Positions 18,143-27,009 of a stretch of 64,000 bases of DNA are shown piece by piece; position 1 is the first letter of the stretch; every line of letters begins with the position of its first letter. The stretch comes from an uncultured Actinomycetes bacterium (GTDB lineage Bacteria; Actinomycetota; UBA4738; HRBIN12): positions 201,975-265,974 of the forward strand of contig CAVPIB010000007.1 in assembly GCA_963704885.1 (NCBI GenBank). Reading direction: 5' to 3'. The position numbers were made by a program, and so were the translations under genes. Below the pieces are notes generated by a model. It did not search any database, had not been told where the DNA came from, and saw nothing but the letters and a program-made list of their open reading frames with translations.

Positions 18143-18844
18143 AGTCGTCGCCCCGCCAACGATCGCTTCGTCCGCGAACGCCACCACCTGATCCATCAGT
18201 CCCGGGTTATCTCTGAACATCCCTGTCCCGTGTCCATCGCCGCTTACGACCACGGGCTCGATCCCAAGCGCATCGGCCAGCTGTCGAGCGTCTGAGTCGT
18301 AGGGTTCATTACCCTCGGCCACCGCCAGCATCACGGGCGTGGTGCGGGGCAGTTCGCCCGCGACCTGGAGCGCATCGAAGGAACTCGCCGGTGCAGAAAG
18401 GCCGACCACAGCGTCCACGGCCAGCTCTCGTGCCATCGCGATGGACAAAGAGCCGCCGAGGGACCCACCGACGAGCACGATCGCCGAGGCGCCGGAGTCG
18501 CGCGCATATCCCACAACTGCCCGCAGATCCTCCTGGCGATCCAGGCCGCTTCCAGTGGAATCTCCGACCCCACGCGCGTCGTAGGCGATCACCCGCCAGC
18601 CGTGATCGGCGAACACTGTGGCCAGATCGTAGAAGCCCTCCTTGGTGCCGGTGGCGCCGTGAGAGAGCACGGCGACCTGTTCGCCGTTCCCGAGCTCGAT
18701 CGCATCGAGCTCGACGCCATCCGTCGTGCTGATCCGGATGCGCGACGCGCCCGTTGGGGGATCGGGCTGGTCGGCCTCGCATGCCGAGAGGACTACTCCG
18801 GCCAGAACCACGACGGTGAGGATAGGAAGGAGGTCTCGCCGCAT
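18125..18844 (-). CDS. alpha/beta hydrolase lipoprotein
   Basis: Lipobox LSAC, HGATG nucleophile-elbow-like motif, GGSLGG, and alpha/beta fold order. Confidence 0.8.
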   Translation of the reverse strand: MRRDLLPILTVVVLAGVVLSACEADQPDPPTGASRIRISTTDGVELDAIELGNGEQVAVLSHGATGTKEGFYDLATVFADHGWRVIAYDARGVGDSTGSGLDRQEDLRAVVGYARDSGASAIVLVGGSLGGSLSIAMARELAVDAVVGLSAPASSFDALQVAGELPRTTPVMLAVAEGNEPYDSDARQLADALGIEPVVVSGDGHGTGMFRDNPGLMDQVVAFADEAIVGGATTSAGTG

Positions 18845-18951
18845 GGTACGACCGACGATAGGACCAGGGGGTGCTCCTGGTGTGGCGTGGGTGTGCTGAT
18901 CCGGTGACGGTCGGGCACCCGTGGCTCCGATGGACGGTGTCGAACTCGGCC

Positions 18952-19398
18952 CTACGCGATCCGGATCTCACCGCGCATGCCGTATGCATAGTGGCCCGGC
19001 AGATGACATCCGAAGATGAGTCCGCCGACCTGTTCGGGGAACGGATAGGTCGTGACGACCGTCTCCCCGGCCGCGATCGAGATCTCCCCGGGCCTCGGCG
19101 TGTGGTGAGCCTCACTCCCGGTCTCGTGGACCTGCTGCATGTACTCGTCGCCTACGACGAATTCGTGGTCGATGGGATCGGCGTTCTCCACCACGAACCG
19201 GATCGTCTGGCCCGGTTCGACGTCGATCTCCTGCGGCTCGAAGAGGGAGAAGTGGATCCGGATCTGGATCGTGCGAGTAGGAGCCGAGGCTGTCGATCGC
19301 TCTAGCCAACCCGACGCGAGCGCCGCGGTGGCTCCGACGAGTAGGAGTGCCAGGATGAGCACACCGATCCCCGCCGTGCGCGTGCCGCTGGTTCTCAT
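18952..19398 (-). CDS. cupredoxin (type 1 blue copper, plastocyanin/azurin-like) secreted protein
   Basis: Internal Met start (MRTSGTRTAGIGVLILALLLVGA signal peptide). Copper ligands H (DPIDHEF) and C..H..M (FGCHLPGHYAYGM). Four-bp overlap with the upstream lipoprotein gene. Confidence 0.8.
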   Translation of the reverse strand: MRTSGTRTAGIGVLILALLLVGATAALASGWLERSTASAPTRTIQIRIHFSLFEPQEIDVEPGQTIRFVVENADPIDHEFVVGDEYMQQVHETGSEAHHTPRPGEISIAAGETVVTTYPFPEQVGGLIFGCHLPGHYAYGMRGEIRIA

Positions 19399-20489
19399 CG
19401 TGCCGTTGCGTGCGACGTGGAACGACGGCTGGTCAAGATCCCCACGCCGCCCAGCACCACCACGGACGCCAGTGCGACCCAAAGGATCGGCCACAGCGAC
19501 GCGTTCGAGATCGGCAGGTGCGATGGTCGCAGCCCCGCCGCCGCCGGGCTCGGCTGGCCGAACCCGCTCGCGTCCACGGCGAGGTCGTGGGTGAGCGTAC
19601 CGGCGGTGGCGTTGACGTTGATCTTGGTCAGCCACATCTGATCGGTGGGCATCCACTTCATGCCGCGATCCGAACGCAGATCGGCGAGCAGCGATGTCGA
19701 AGCGGGCTCGCTCACCTCCTGGATCAAGCCGCGCTGGTCCGGGTCACCGTTGGGACGAACGGCCAAGGGAAGGGTGGCCGGGCGAACGTCGGTCAGCAGG
19801 TAGACGTCGGCCTGAACCAGCTCGGCTTCTTGACGTCCAAGCGCCAAGATCCGCAGAGGGACCCAGGGGTTCGGCGTGGGGATCACCACGTGGACCGGCG
19901 TGCCCTGCCCCTGCTGGACACCTTGCTCGTTCGCGCGGCCCACGTCGAACTTCACTGCCATGAAGATCGGACTGCGTTGCGCGTAGAACTCCAGCACCTC
20001 TGGAGCATCCGGTGGCAGGAAGAAGCCGTGATCGCTCGCCCAGGTCCCCACGGCGACCGCGCCACCCTCCAAGACCGTGATGTCGAGCGCGTCGATCTGA
20101 GTCTCCAGGAGCACCGTCGCGGAGTCGGCGGCTCCGGCTTCCGCCGCCAGGGCGAAGGTCCGTTGTTCAGGAGGTTGTGTCTCGAGGATCAAGCGCTGCA
20201 GGGTCCAGTCGCCGCCTTTGATCACCTTGGTTGGCACGCCAGGCAGGGGAACGATCGACCCGACCTCGGTGGCATCCACGCCCGCGAACTCGAACGAAGT
20301 CACGTAGTGCTCGACCCCCGCGTGGTAGGCGGCGAGGGTCGTGGTGCGGACAAGGTTGACGGTTCCGTTCGGGGTCACCAAGCCTCCACACGCGAGCGCG
20401 CTCGCCGCGGGAACAACTACGGCGAGCGAGACGGTTGCGGCGAAGATGGTCCTGCGGGCGAGGCGGCGATGGGCCTTGCGGTGGGCCAT
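19395..20489 (-). CDS. lipoprotein with C-terminal TM anchor, hypothetical; its 5' end lies in a tandem duplication
   Basis: MAHRKAHRRLARRTIFAATVSLAVVVPAASALACGG (lipobox ALAC) and a C-terminal TM helix LWPILWVALASVVVLGGVGIL. A second in-frame copy of the start and signal peptide lies 183 nt upstream, at 20672. Confidence 0.7.
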   Translation of the reverse strand: MAHRKAHRRLARRTIFAATVSLAVVVPAASALACGGLVTPNGTVNLVRTTTLAAYHAGVEHYVTSFEFAGVDATEVGSIVPLPGVPTKVIKGGDWTLQRLILETQPPEQRTFALAAEAGAADSATVLLETQIDALDITVLEGGAVAVGTWASDHGFFLPPDAPEVLEFYAQRSPIFMAVKFDVGRANEQGVQQGQGTPVHVVIPTPNPWVPLRILALGRQEAELVQADVYLLTDVRPATLPLAVRPNGDPDQRGLIQEVSEPASTSLLADLRSDRGMKWMPTDQMWLTKINVNATAGTLTHDLAVDASGFGQPSPAAAGLRPSHLPISNASLWPILWVALASVVVLGGVGILTSRRSTSHATAR

Positions 20490-20722
20490 GGGGGGCTCCT
20501 CCTTCGCGAGATCGCGGTTGGACGGAAGAACCCGAGCCTCGGTTCCCTCGTTCGGAGTCACCAGGCCTCCACACGCGAGCGCGCTCGCCGCGGGAACGAA
20601 CACGGCGAGCGAGACGGTTGCGGCGAAGATCGTCCTGCGGGCGAGGCGGCGATGAGCCTTGCGGTGGGCCATGGGGCTCCTCCTTCGCGAGATCGCGGTT
20701 GGACGGAAGAACCCGAGCCTCG
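20361..20722. repeat. about 181-bp tandem direct duplication (2 copies, about 95% identical) spanning the Shine-Dalgarno, start codon and signal-peptide coding region of the lipoprotein gene
   Basis: Copy 1 (20361-20540) and copy 2 (20541-20722) each contain GGAGGAGCCCC-ATG-GCCCACCGCAAGGC... on the minus strand. Confidence 0.8.
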
Positions 20723-20729
20723 GTTCCCT

Positions 20730-21836
20730 TTAGGCGGAAGGACCTGCCGGCGCCGGCGCCGCTACGTCCGCCGGGTAGGCGATGCCGGCCCGCTCGGGCC
20801 AGCCGATCGACAGCCGCTCGCCTGGAGCCCGTGGCTCCCGCAGTCGCAGTCGGCAGGATCCGATAGTGGTTGAGGTCAACACGTCGAAGTGCGAGCCGAA
20901 GAACGAACAGGTCTCCACGGAGCCCGTGAGCGCTCCTTCGCCATCGGCTCGGATCTCCAATTCCTCGGGGCGTAGAAGCACTTGCGCTCCGGCTCCGGGT
21001 CGTGCTCCGGCGTCGAGCGCTCTGAACCGTCGTCCTGCCACTTCCACCTCCACGTTGCCCTCACCGGCGGATATGACGGTCGCCGGGAAGAACGAGCCGG
21101 CACCGATGAATCGCGCGGTGAACAACGTCGCGGGCGAACGGTAGATGGTTTGCGGGTCGGCCATCTGTTCCAAGCGGCCCTGGTTCATCACGCCGACAAG
21201 CTGAGAGATGCTTAGGGCCTCGTCCTGGTCATGCGTCACGAACACGAAGGTAGTCCCGAGCTCCTGATGGATCCGGAGCAGCTCCTCTCGGAGCGCGAAC
21301 CGAACGTTGCGGTCGAGCGCGCTGAGCGGCTCGTCCAAGAGCAACACGCGAGGACGGTTGATCAACGCACGCGCGACCGCCACCCGCTGCGCCTGCCCGC
21401 CCGAGAGCTCCGACGGGTAGCGTGCGCCCAATCCCTCCAGTCCTACTAGCTGAAGCATGTCGGCCACGCGCTGCGAACGCTCCGCCGCAGATGGTCGCGA
21501 GTTCTTCGACTGAGTGGTCAAACCGAACCCGACGTTCTCGGTGATCGTCATGTGGGGGAAGAGTGCGTAGTGCTGGAACACCATGTTGAAGGGACGGCGC
21601 TCGGGCGGCCTCCGTGTGATGTCGGTCCCGTCGGTGAGGACCAGCCCACTATCCGGCGACTCCAGCCCAGCGACGATCCGCAGAAGCGTCGTCTTCCCAC
21701 ACCCGCTCGGCCCGAGCAGGCTGAAGAACGAGCCGGCCGGGATATCCAGATCGAGCGCGTGCAGCGCCACCACATCGCCGAACCGCTTCGACACCCCTTC
21801 GATCGAGATAGCGCCCTTAGGGCCGGCGCCCGTCAT
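20730..21836 (-). CDS. potA: ABC transporter ATP-binding protein, spermidine/putrescine importer PotA-like
   Basis: Walker A GPSGCGKTT, LSGGQ signature, Walker B LLLDEPLSALD, and a C-terminal TOBE-like domain. ATGA overlap with the permease gene. Confidence 0.9.
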   Translation of the reverse strand: MTGAGPKGAISIEGVSKRFGDVVALHALDLDIPAGSFFSLLGPSGCGKTTLLRIVAGLESPDSGLVLTDGTDITRRPPERRPFNMVFQHYALFPHMTITENVGFGLTTQSKNSRPSAAERSQRVADMLQLVGLEGLGARYPSELSGGQAQRVAVARALINRPRVLLLDEPLSALDRNVRFALREELLRIHQELGTTFVFVTHDQDEALSISQLVGVMNQGRLEQMADPQTIYRSPATLFTARFIGAGSFFPATVISAGEGNVEVEVAGRRFRALDAGARPGAGAQVLLRPEELEIRADGEGALTGSVETCSFFGSHFDVLTSTTIGSCRLRLREPRAPGERLSIGWPERAGIAYPADVAAPAPAGPSA

Positions 21837-22654
21837 GCCACCCTCGCGAGCGCCTCGGCTTGGGAGCGCAAAGCGGATCGGGACGACCGTCGCCGCTGAA
21901 TGGCGAACGACAACGCAACCGCCACCCATGGCACCACTAATAGGATCGTCGCGACCGCGTTGATGGACGGGTCGATCGTGCGTCGCAGGCGGGACAGAAC
22001 GAAGAGCGGCAGCGTCACCCGCGTCCCGGATGTGAAGTTGGTGATCAGCACCTCGTCGAAGGAGATCGCGAACGCGATCATCATGGCGCCCAGTATCGAA
22101 GGGCCTATCAGAGGGAGCGTGATGCGGCGAAGGACCATCGCTGGACGGGCGCCCAGATCGCGGGCCGCCTGCTCGACGGCCAGGTCGTAGTTCCTCAGTC
22201 GGGCTCCCACGATGAGGATCACGAACGGCGTCGTGACGATCACGTGCCCCGCCACGATCGTGTACATGGACGGGTCGATCGCGAAGGTCTTCAGTGCGGC
22301 GACGAGTGAGATGCCGATGAACAGAGGTGGCAGCATGATGGGCAGTCGCGACCCGCTCTCCAACCATCTGGTGGCCCGATTGATCCGCCGGGTTATCGCG
22401 AACGCGGCTGCGGTACCTACCACCCCCGCAACGACCGCCGTCGCGCTGGCCGCGGTCAAGCTTGTCTTCATGCCAGTGCGGAACTGCTGTTCGCTGAAGA
22501 TCACGCGGAACCATCTGAGCGAGATCCCCTGGGGCGGCCAACTCAGATTCGACCCGGAGTTCAGCCCGTAGAGCACCACCACGATCAGCGGGAGATAGAT
22601 GAAGACGACGAGGATCACGACGACCACCGTGAGTAGACCCGGATGGCGCTTCAT
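21833..22654 (-). CDS. potC: ABC transporter permease, PotC-like
   Basis: 6 TM helices and an EAA-like loop (AARDLGARPAMVLRRITLP). Confidence 0.9.
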   Translation of the reverse strand: MKRHPGLLTVVVVILVVFIYLPLIVVVLYGLNSGSNLSWPPQGISLRWFRVIFSEQQFRTGMKTSLTAASATAVVAGVVGTAAAFAITRRINRATRWLESGSRLPIMLPPLFIGISLVAALKTFAIDPSMYTIVAGHVIVTTPFVILIVGARLRNYDLAVEQAARDLGARPAMVLRRITLPLIGPSILGAMMIAFAISFDEVLITNFTSGTRVTLPLFVLSRLRRTIDPSINAVATILLVVPWVAVALSFAIQRRRSSRSALRSQAEALARVA

Positions 22655-23517
22655 CCGACGTGCCTGGGCAGGAGACCCGCACCGCGCATCGCGAGCCGAA
22701 GCAGGACAACCAGCCCAAGGAACAGGACGAGCATGACGAACGCCATAGCGGCTCCGAGGGGGTAGTTGAGGGCCGTGGTCAGTTGATCGGCGATCAACGT
22801 GCCGAACATAGCGCTCGAGCCGATGCCCCCGAGGAAGACAGGCGTTATGTAATCACCGGCCGAGAGGAAGAACACGAACAGGGTGGCGCCGAACATGGCG
22901 TTTCCGGAGAGGGGCAGAACGATCCGGCGGAGGGTCATCCACCGTGACGCACCTAGGTCTCGCGCCGCGGGCTCCAGCTCAGACGAGATAGAAGACAGGC
23001 TGGAGTAAAGGACCAGCGCGGTGAACGGGAGGAAGAAGTTCACCTCGGCTACGACGACCGCGACCCGGGAGAAGAGCAGTATATGGAGGGGCTTATCGGT
23101 GACGTTCAACGCCTGCAGCAAGGAGTTGAATATGCCGCTCTCGCCCGAGAGCGTGCGCCAGGAGTAGATCAATGCCAGATAGCTTCCCATCAGCGCGATC
23201 ACGATCGCGATGAGGAGGAGCCCCTTGGATCGACGGGCGCGGAACGCCAGGAAGTACGCGAGTTGGTAACCGAATACCACGGAGATGAGGGCCGTTGGGC
23301 CGGCGATCAACAGCGTGTTGAGCGCATACCGTCGGTATAGCTGCGTGGTCAGGACCCTTCGGTAGTTGTCGACCGTCGCGCCGGGCACGATCTCGAGCAG
23401 ATGAACGTGGAAGAACGAGAACGCGAACAGCATCGTGACCGGCACCAGCACGCCGAACAAGAGAAGCGCCCCCAAAGGGGTCGACAGGAGCGCAGCCAGG
23501 CGACGGGAGAGCGGCAA
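22651..23517 (-). CDS. potB: ABC transporter permease, PotB-like
   Basis: EAA loop AARDLGASRWMTLRRIVLP. Four-bp overlap with the downstream permease. Confidence 0.9.
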   Translation of the reverse strand: MPLSRRLAALLSTPLGALLLFGVLVPVTMLFAFSFFHVHLLEIVPGATVDNYRRVLTTQLYRRYALNTLLIAGPTALISVVFGYQLAYFLAFRARRSKGLLLIAIVIALMGSYLALIYSWRTLSGESGIFNSLLQALNVTDKPLHILLFSRVAVVVAEVNFFLPFTALVLYSSLSSISSELEPAARDLGASRWMTLRRIVLPLSGNAMFGATLFVFFLSAGDYITPVFLGGIGSSAMFGTLIADQLTTALNYPLGAAMAFVMLVLFLGLVVLLRLAMRGAGLLPRHVG

Positions 23518-23537
23518 GACCTAGGACGAGGGCCGGT

Positions 23538-24722
23538 TCAGGAGCCCTTGACCTCCTCCCACAACCCGATGACGTCGTCGTACGTGGCGCGGTCTCCGTC
23601 GGGCTCGTGCGGGAATCCTTGGTTGAACGTCAGAGTGTTCGACAGGTAGTTGTCGATGTCATCGTACGGATAGAGAGCAGCGGCTTCCGGAGTCAAGAGC
23701 GGGATCGCCGCGGAAACCCCCGGCCCTTGCAGGAGGCTGCTGTTCGCGTCAGCGTTCACCTCCGGATCCAACAGGTGATTGACGAAGGCGTAGGCGTTCT
23801 GAGGATTGGGTGCCGTCGGAGTGATGAACGCCGAGTCCGCCCAACCGATGGCTCCTTCCGACGGGATCACCGTCTTCGTGGGGATGCCCTCATCGGCGGT
23901 GACCGAATCCATGAAGGCCAACCCGACCACCATGTAGTCCACATCGCCGGCGATCAGCAGGGAGATGGAGTCGCCGATGGTCGGTGCGAGCGCCTTGATC
24001 TGCCCGACTAGGCTCGTCAGGTAGTCCTTGACTTCGCCGTTCAGCTGATCCGTGGTCAGCTCGTCCGGATCGATGCCCACCGCGATGGCCCCGAGCGCGA
24101 CGTTGTTCAGGGCGCTGTCGATGGTGGAGACGCGTCCCTTGTACGCGGGGTCGAGGAGGTCGTGCCAGCTCTTCGGCTCGGGCACCCGATCGGTCCGATA
24201 CGTCACGCCCGAGAAACCCCAGGTCCATGGGGACGCGTTATAGGTGCCATCGTCGTTCTTGAACGGCGCGACCTGGAAGGCGGGCATCAGTCCGGCCAGA
24301 CCCGGAACCTGATCGAGGGTCATCGGGCTGATCAGGCCCAGATCCACGTAGTCCAGGAGCACCACGTTGTCGCCATACGAGATGTCCCACTGATCACCGC
24401 CTGGACCCTTGAGGACCGTGGCCACCTCCTCGGGACCCGCGATGTACTTGACGTTCACCTCGATGTCGTTCTGCTTGAGCCACGGGGTCAGGTCGCCCGC
24501 CGTGTCGTATCCCTCCCACGTGTAGAGGTTGAGCGGTCCTCCCACCGGTGGGAGCGGGCTCGGCGACGGACTTCCCGCCGTGCCGGAGGTGGGGCTCGAC
24601 TCCGAGTCGCCGGACAAGCCGCAGGAGGCGAGGAAGGCGGCGGCGGCCGCCGTTCCGGTGACCCTCAGGAACCGCCTGCGGTCCATCAAGAATCTCAGCT
24701 CACGGTCTTGTGCCTCGCCCAT
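23538..24722 (-). CDS. potD: extracellular solute-binding protein (PotD/PotF-like polyamine-binding), Tat/lipoprotein signal
   Basis: RRRFLRVTGTAAAAAFLASCG signal (Tat-type, with a lipobox). GGAGGGGGAGAG Shine-Dalgarno before the start at 24722. Confidence 0.85.
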   Translation of the reverse strand: MGEAQDRELRFLMDRRRFLRVTGTAAAAAFLASCGLSGDSESSPTSGTAGSPSPSPLPPVGGPLNLYTWEGYDTAGDLTPWLKQNDIEVNVKYIAGPEEVATVLKGPGGDQWDISYGDNVVLLDYVDLGLISPMTLDQVPGLAGLMPAFQVAPFKNDDGTYNASPWTWGFSGVTYRTDRVPEPKSWHDLLDPAYKGRVSTIDSALNNVALGAIAVGIDPDELTTDQLNGEVKDYLTSLVGQIKALAPTIGDSISLLIAGDVDYMVVGLAFMDSVTADEGIPTKTVIPSEGAIGWADSAFITPTAPNPQNAYAFVNHLLDPEVNADANSSLLQGPGVSAAIPLLTPEAAALYPYDDIDNYLSNTLTFNQGFPHEPDGDRATYDDVIGLWEEVKGS

Positions 24723-24825
24723 CTCTCCCCCTCCACGAACTCATCACGGCCACCCTCGGTGGTCAGGTGGCATGATAACCTGCATACCCGCTGTCAAGTC
24801 AACGCCGTTCGGGCCAGGCGACCTC

Positions 24826-26226
24826 CTAAGAAGGCTCCAGGTAGCGGTCTCGCTCCCAGTCCGTCACGTGCTCACGGAAGGCCGCCTCTTCGCGGCGACC
24901 CAGGATCGAATAGGTTTCCACGAACAGCTCGCCGAACACGTCCTTGCAGAAGGCGCTCTGCTCGAAGATGTCGATCGCCGCTGCCAAGGTGCCGGGGATC
25001 CGCTCGAGCGAGTCGTCCTTGTATGCGTCGCCCTCGATCTCCGGCGGCGGCTGGAGCCCTCGGGCGATGCCATCGGCTCCGGAGGCGATGGCGCCCGCGA
25101 GGATGAGGTAAGGGTTGGCATCGGCCGAGGGCGTTCGGATCTCGAGCCGTCGCGCCTCTGGCTCGCCGGGCGGAATCCGCACAGCCGCGGTCCGGTTGTC
25201 GAGGGCCCACGACACGCGATTCGGCGCGAACGTGTAGTCCTTCAGTCGCTTGTAGGCGTTGACCGTTGGGAGGTTGATGGCGGTCGTATCGACCGTGTGC
25301 ATCAGAACGCCGGCGAGGTACGCGTGCATGACCGACTCGTCGGTCGCGAACACGTTTTCCGTGGAGCCCTTGCGACGCAGGCTGTTATGGATGTGGTGGC
25401 CACTGCCTTCCATCCCCGTGAAGGGCATCGGCATGAACGTGGCGCGCAGATCATGTCGTTCTGTGATGAGCTTGACGACGTACTTGAGGACGGCGGCGTT
25501 GTCCGCCGTCTCGATCGGCGACGCGGGCCCCACGTTGATCTCGAACTGCGCGGGCCCGCCCTCCGTCTGGCTGGACTCGATGGGGACTCCGGCCGCGAGC
25601 AGCATCGCCCGGATCTCACCGATGACGGGCTCGTATTCCGCCCCGCGCGTCATCGACCAACAGCGGTGATCGTCGAAGGCGGGACGCCAATCTCGATCGC
25701 AGAGGTAGAACTCGAGCTCGGGAGCGACCCACGCCTCGTAGCCCAGGTCCTCGAGCGACATGACCGATCGTCGAAGGATGCTCCTGGAGTCCAAGGGGTG
25801 CTCCGCGCCGCCTCGCGCAAGGACTGCGTCCATGAGACAGAAGGCGGTGCCCGCGGCCCAGGGTGCCGGACGGAGGGTGGACAGGTCCGGGAACACGTGC
25901 ATGTTCGGGAAGCCGGTGTCGGCGTTGGCGTAAGGGGTCGGAGTGATGTCGCCGAGGATGCTCCATGTGAACGCAGCGTTGGGCATGCTCATCCCGCTTT
26001 CGGCGACATTCAGGAACGCGGCCGTCGGCATCCGACGCCCGACCAAGACGCCCCACGTGTCAGGGAAGCAGCATTCGACAGTATCTATCGTCGAAAGGAA
26101 GCGTTCGGTCTCCGCCAGATCCACGCTGAGAGGCTCCTCCCTGGACGGTGGCCGGAGGATAGCACCCTGCAACGTTGCAGAAGAACCGTCCTGGCGACCC
26201 CTGATATCATCTGGTCTGCTCACCAT
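24826..26226 (-). CDS. glutamine synthetase family protein (type III / gamma-glutamylpolyamine synthetase PuuA-like)
   Basis: N-terminal beta-grasp and catalytic domain with the PAQFEINVGP, MPMPFTGMEGSGHHIHNS and NRTAAVRIP motifs. Start assigned to an internal Met (MVSRPDD); the 85 upstream codons in the track look non-coding. Confidence 0.8.
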   Translation of the reverse strand: MVSRPDDIRGRQDGSSATLQGAILRPPSREEPLSVDLAETERFLSTIDTVECCFPDTWGVLVGRRMPTAAFLNVAESGMSMPNAAFTWSILGDITPTPYANADTGFPNMHVFPDLSTLRPAPWAAGTAFCLMDAVLARGGAEHPLDSRSILRRSVMSLEDLGYEAWVAPELEFYLCDRDWRPAFDDHRCWSMTRGAEYEPVIGEIRAMLLAAGVPIESSQTEGGPAQFEINVGPASPIETADNAAVLKYVVKLITERHDLRATFMPMPFTGMEGSGHHIHNSLRRKGSTENVFATDESVMHAYLAGVLMHTVDTTAINLPTVNAYKRLKDYTFAPNRVSWALDNRTAAVRIPPGEPEARRLEIRTPSADANPYLILAGAIASGADGIARGLQPPPEIEGDAYKDDSLERIPGTLAAAIDIFEQSAFCKDVFGELFVETYSILGRREEAAFREHVTDWERDRYLEPS

Positions 26227-26250
26227 ACATCTAGGCGAGGAGCGGTGAGG

Positions 26251-26997
26251 ATGCAGGGGAACGAGGTCTTCGCCCGCCTCGATGGCCTCACGGGGTTGGT
26301 CACGGGTGCAGGGCGAGGGATCGGGGAGGCCTGCGCGATCGCTCTGGCCGGCCACGGTGCTCAGGTGCTGCTGGCCGATCTGGACGAGAAACGCCTGGTT
26401 GAGGTGGCGGCCAAGATCGAGTCCGACGGCGGCCGCGCGACGACCTGCGTGACCGACGTTCGACAGTGGGCGAGCGTGCAAGCCATGGCCGACAGCTGCA
26501 TCGAAGCGTTCGGCGGCATCGACTTCGCGATAGCCAACGCGGGGGTGGGCAGCTACTCATCGCTCGACACGGGCGATCCAGAGCTTTGGCGCCGTGTCGT
26601 CGAGACCAACCTGCTCGGCGTGCTGCACACGGTCCGTGCCGTCTACCCGCAGATGAAGGAGCGACGAAGCGGACACATAGTCCTGATGGCTTCCATCGCC
26701 GGGCGCCAGACATGGGTGGGTGAGCCCGTCTACATCGCCACGAAGTGGGGTGTCGTGGGGCTCGGGTGGGCCCTGCGGAAGGAAGCCCTGCCGCACAAGG
26801 TGCGCGTGACGATGATCGAGCCCGGCATGGTCGACACACCGCTCCTGCACGAGACCGAGGAGGGGATGAGCGAGCTCGAGCGTTTCGCGGCGCTCGACGT
26901 GAAGGATGTCGCTCGCGCCGTGGTCTTCGCGCTTTCCCAGCCTGAGGGAGTCGCGGTGAGCGAACTGATCATCACGCCCGTCGGTCCCGAGCTCTGA
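26251..26997 (+). CDS. SDR family short-chain dehydrogenase/reductase
   Basis: TGAGRGIG Rossmann motif, NAG, and YIATKWG (YxxxK). GAGGAGCGGTGAGG Shine-Dalgarno. The 822-aa ORF in the track is read-through from upstream non-coding frame. Confidence 0.9.
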   Translation: MQGNEVFARLDGLTGLVTGAGRGIGEACAIALAGHGAQVLLADLDEKRLVEVAAKIESDGGRATTCVTDVRQWASVQAMADSCIEAFGGIDFAIANAGVGSYSSLDTGDPELWRRVVETNLLGVLHTVRAVYPQMKERRSGHIVLMASIAGRQTWVGEPVYIATKWGVVGLGWALRKEALPHKVRVTMIEPGMVDTPLLHETEEGMSELERFAALDVKDVARAVVFALSQPEGVAVSELIITPVGPEL

Positions 26998-27009
26998 CGA
27001 GCCAGCCCG

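Noticed and set aside
19410-20873. 487-aa plus-strand ORF
   Set aside because: Antisense to the lipoprotein gene; Arg/Gly-rich with no domain signatures.
20730-22718. 662-aa minus-strand ORF presented as one protein
   Set aside because: Only the C-terminal 369 aa (from MTGAGPK at 21836) is the ABC ATPase. The N-terminal extension is an alternative frame running over the potC permease gene.
24529-26997. 822-aa plus-strand ORF
   Set aside because: Only the last 248 codons (26251-26997) form a real SDR gene with a Shine-Dalgarno. The upstream 570 codons are the antisense frame of the PuuA-like gene.
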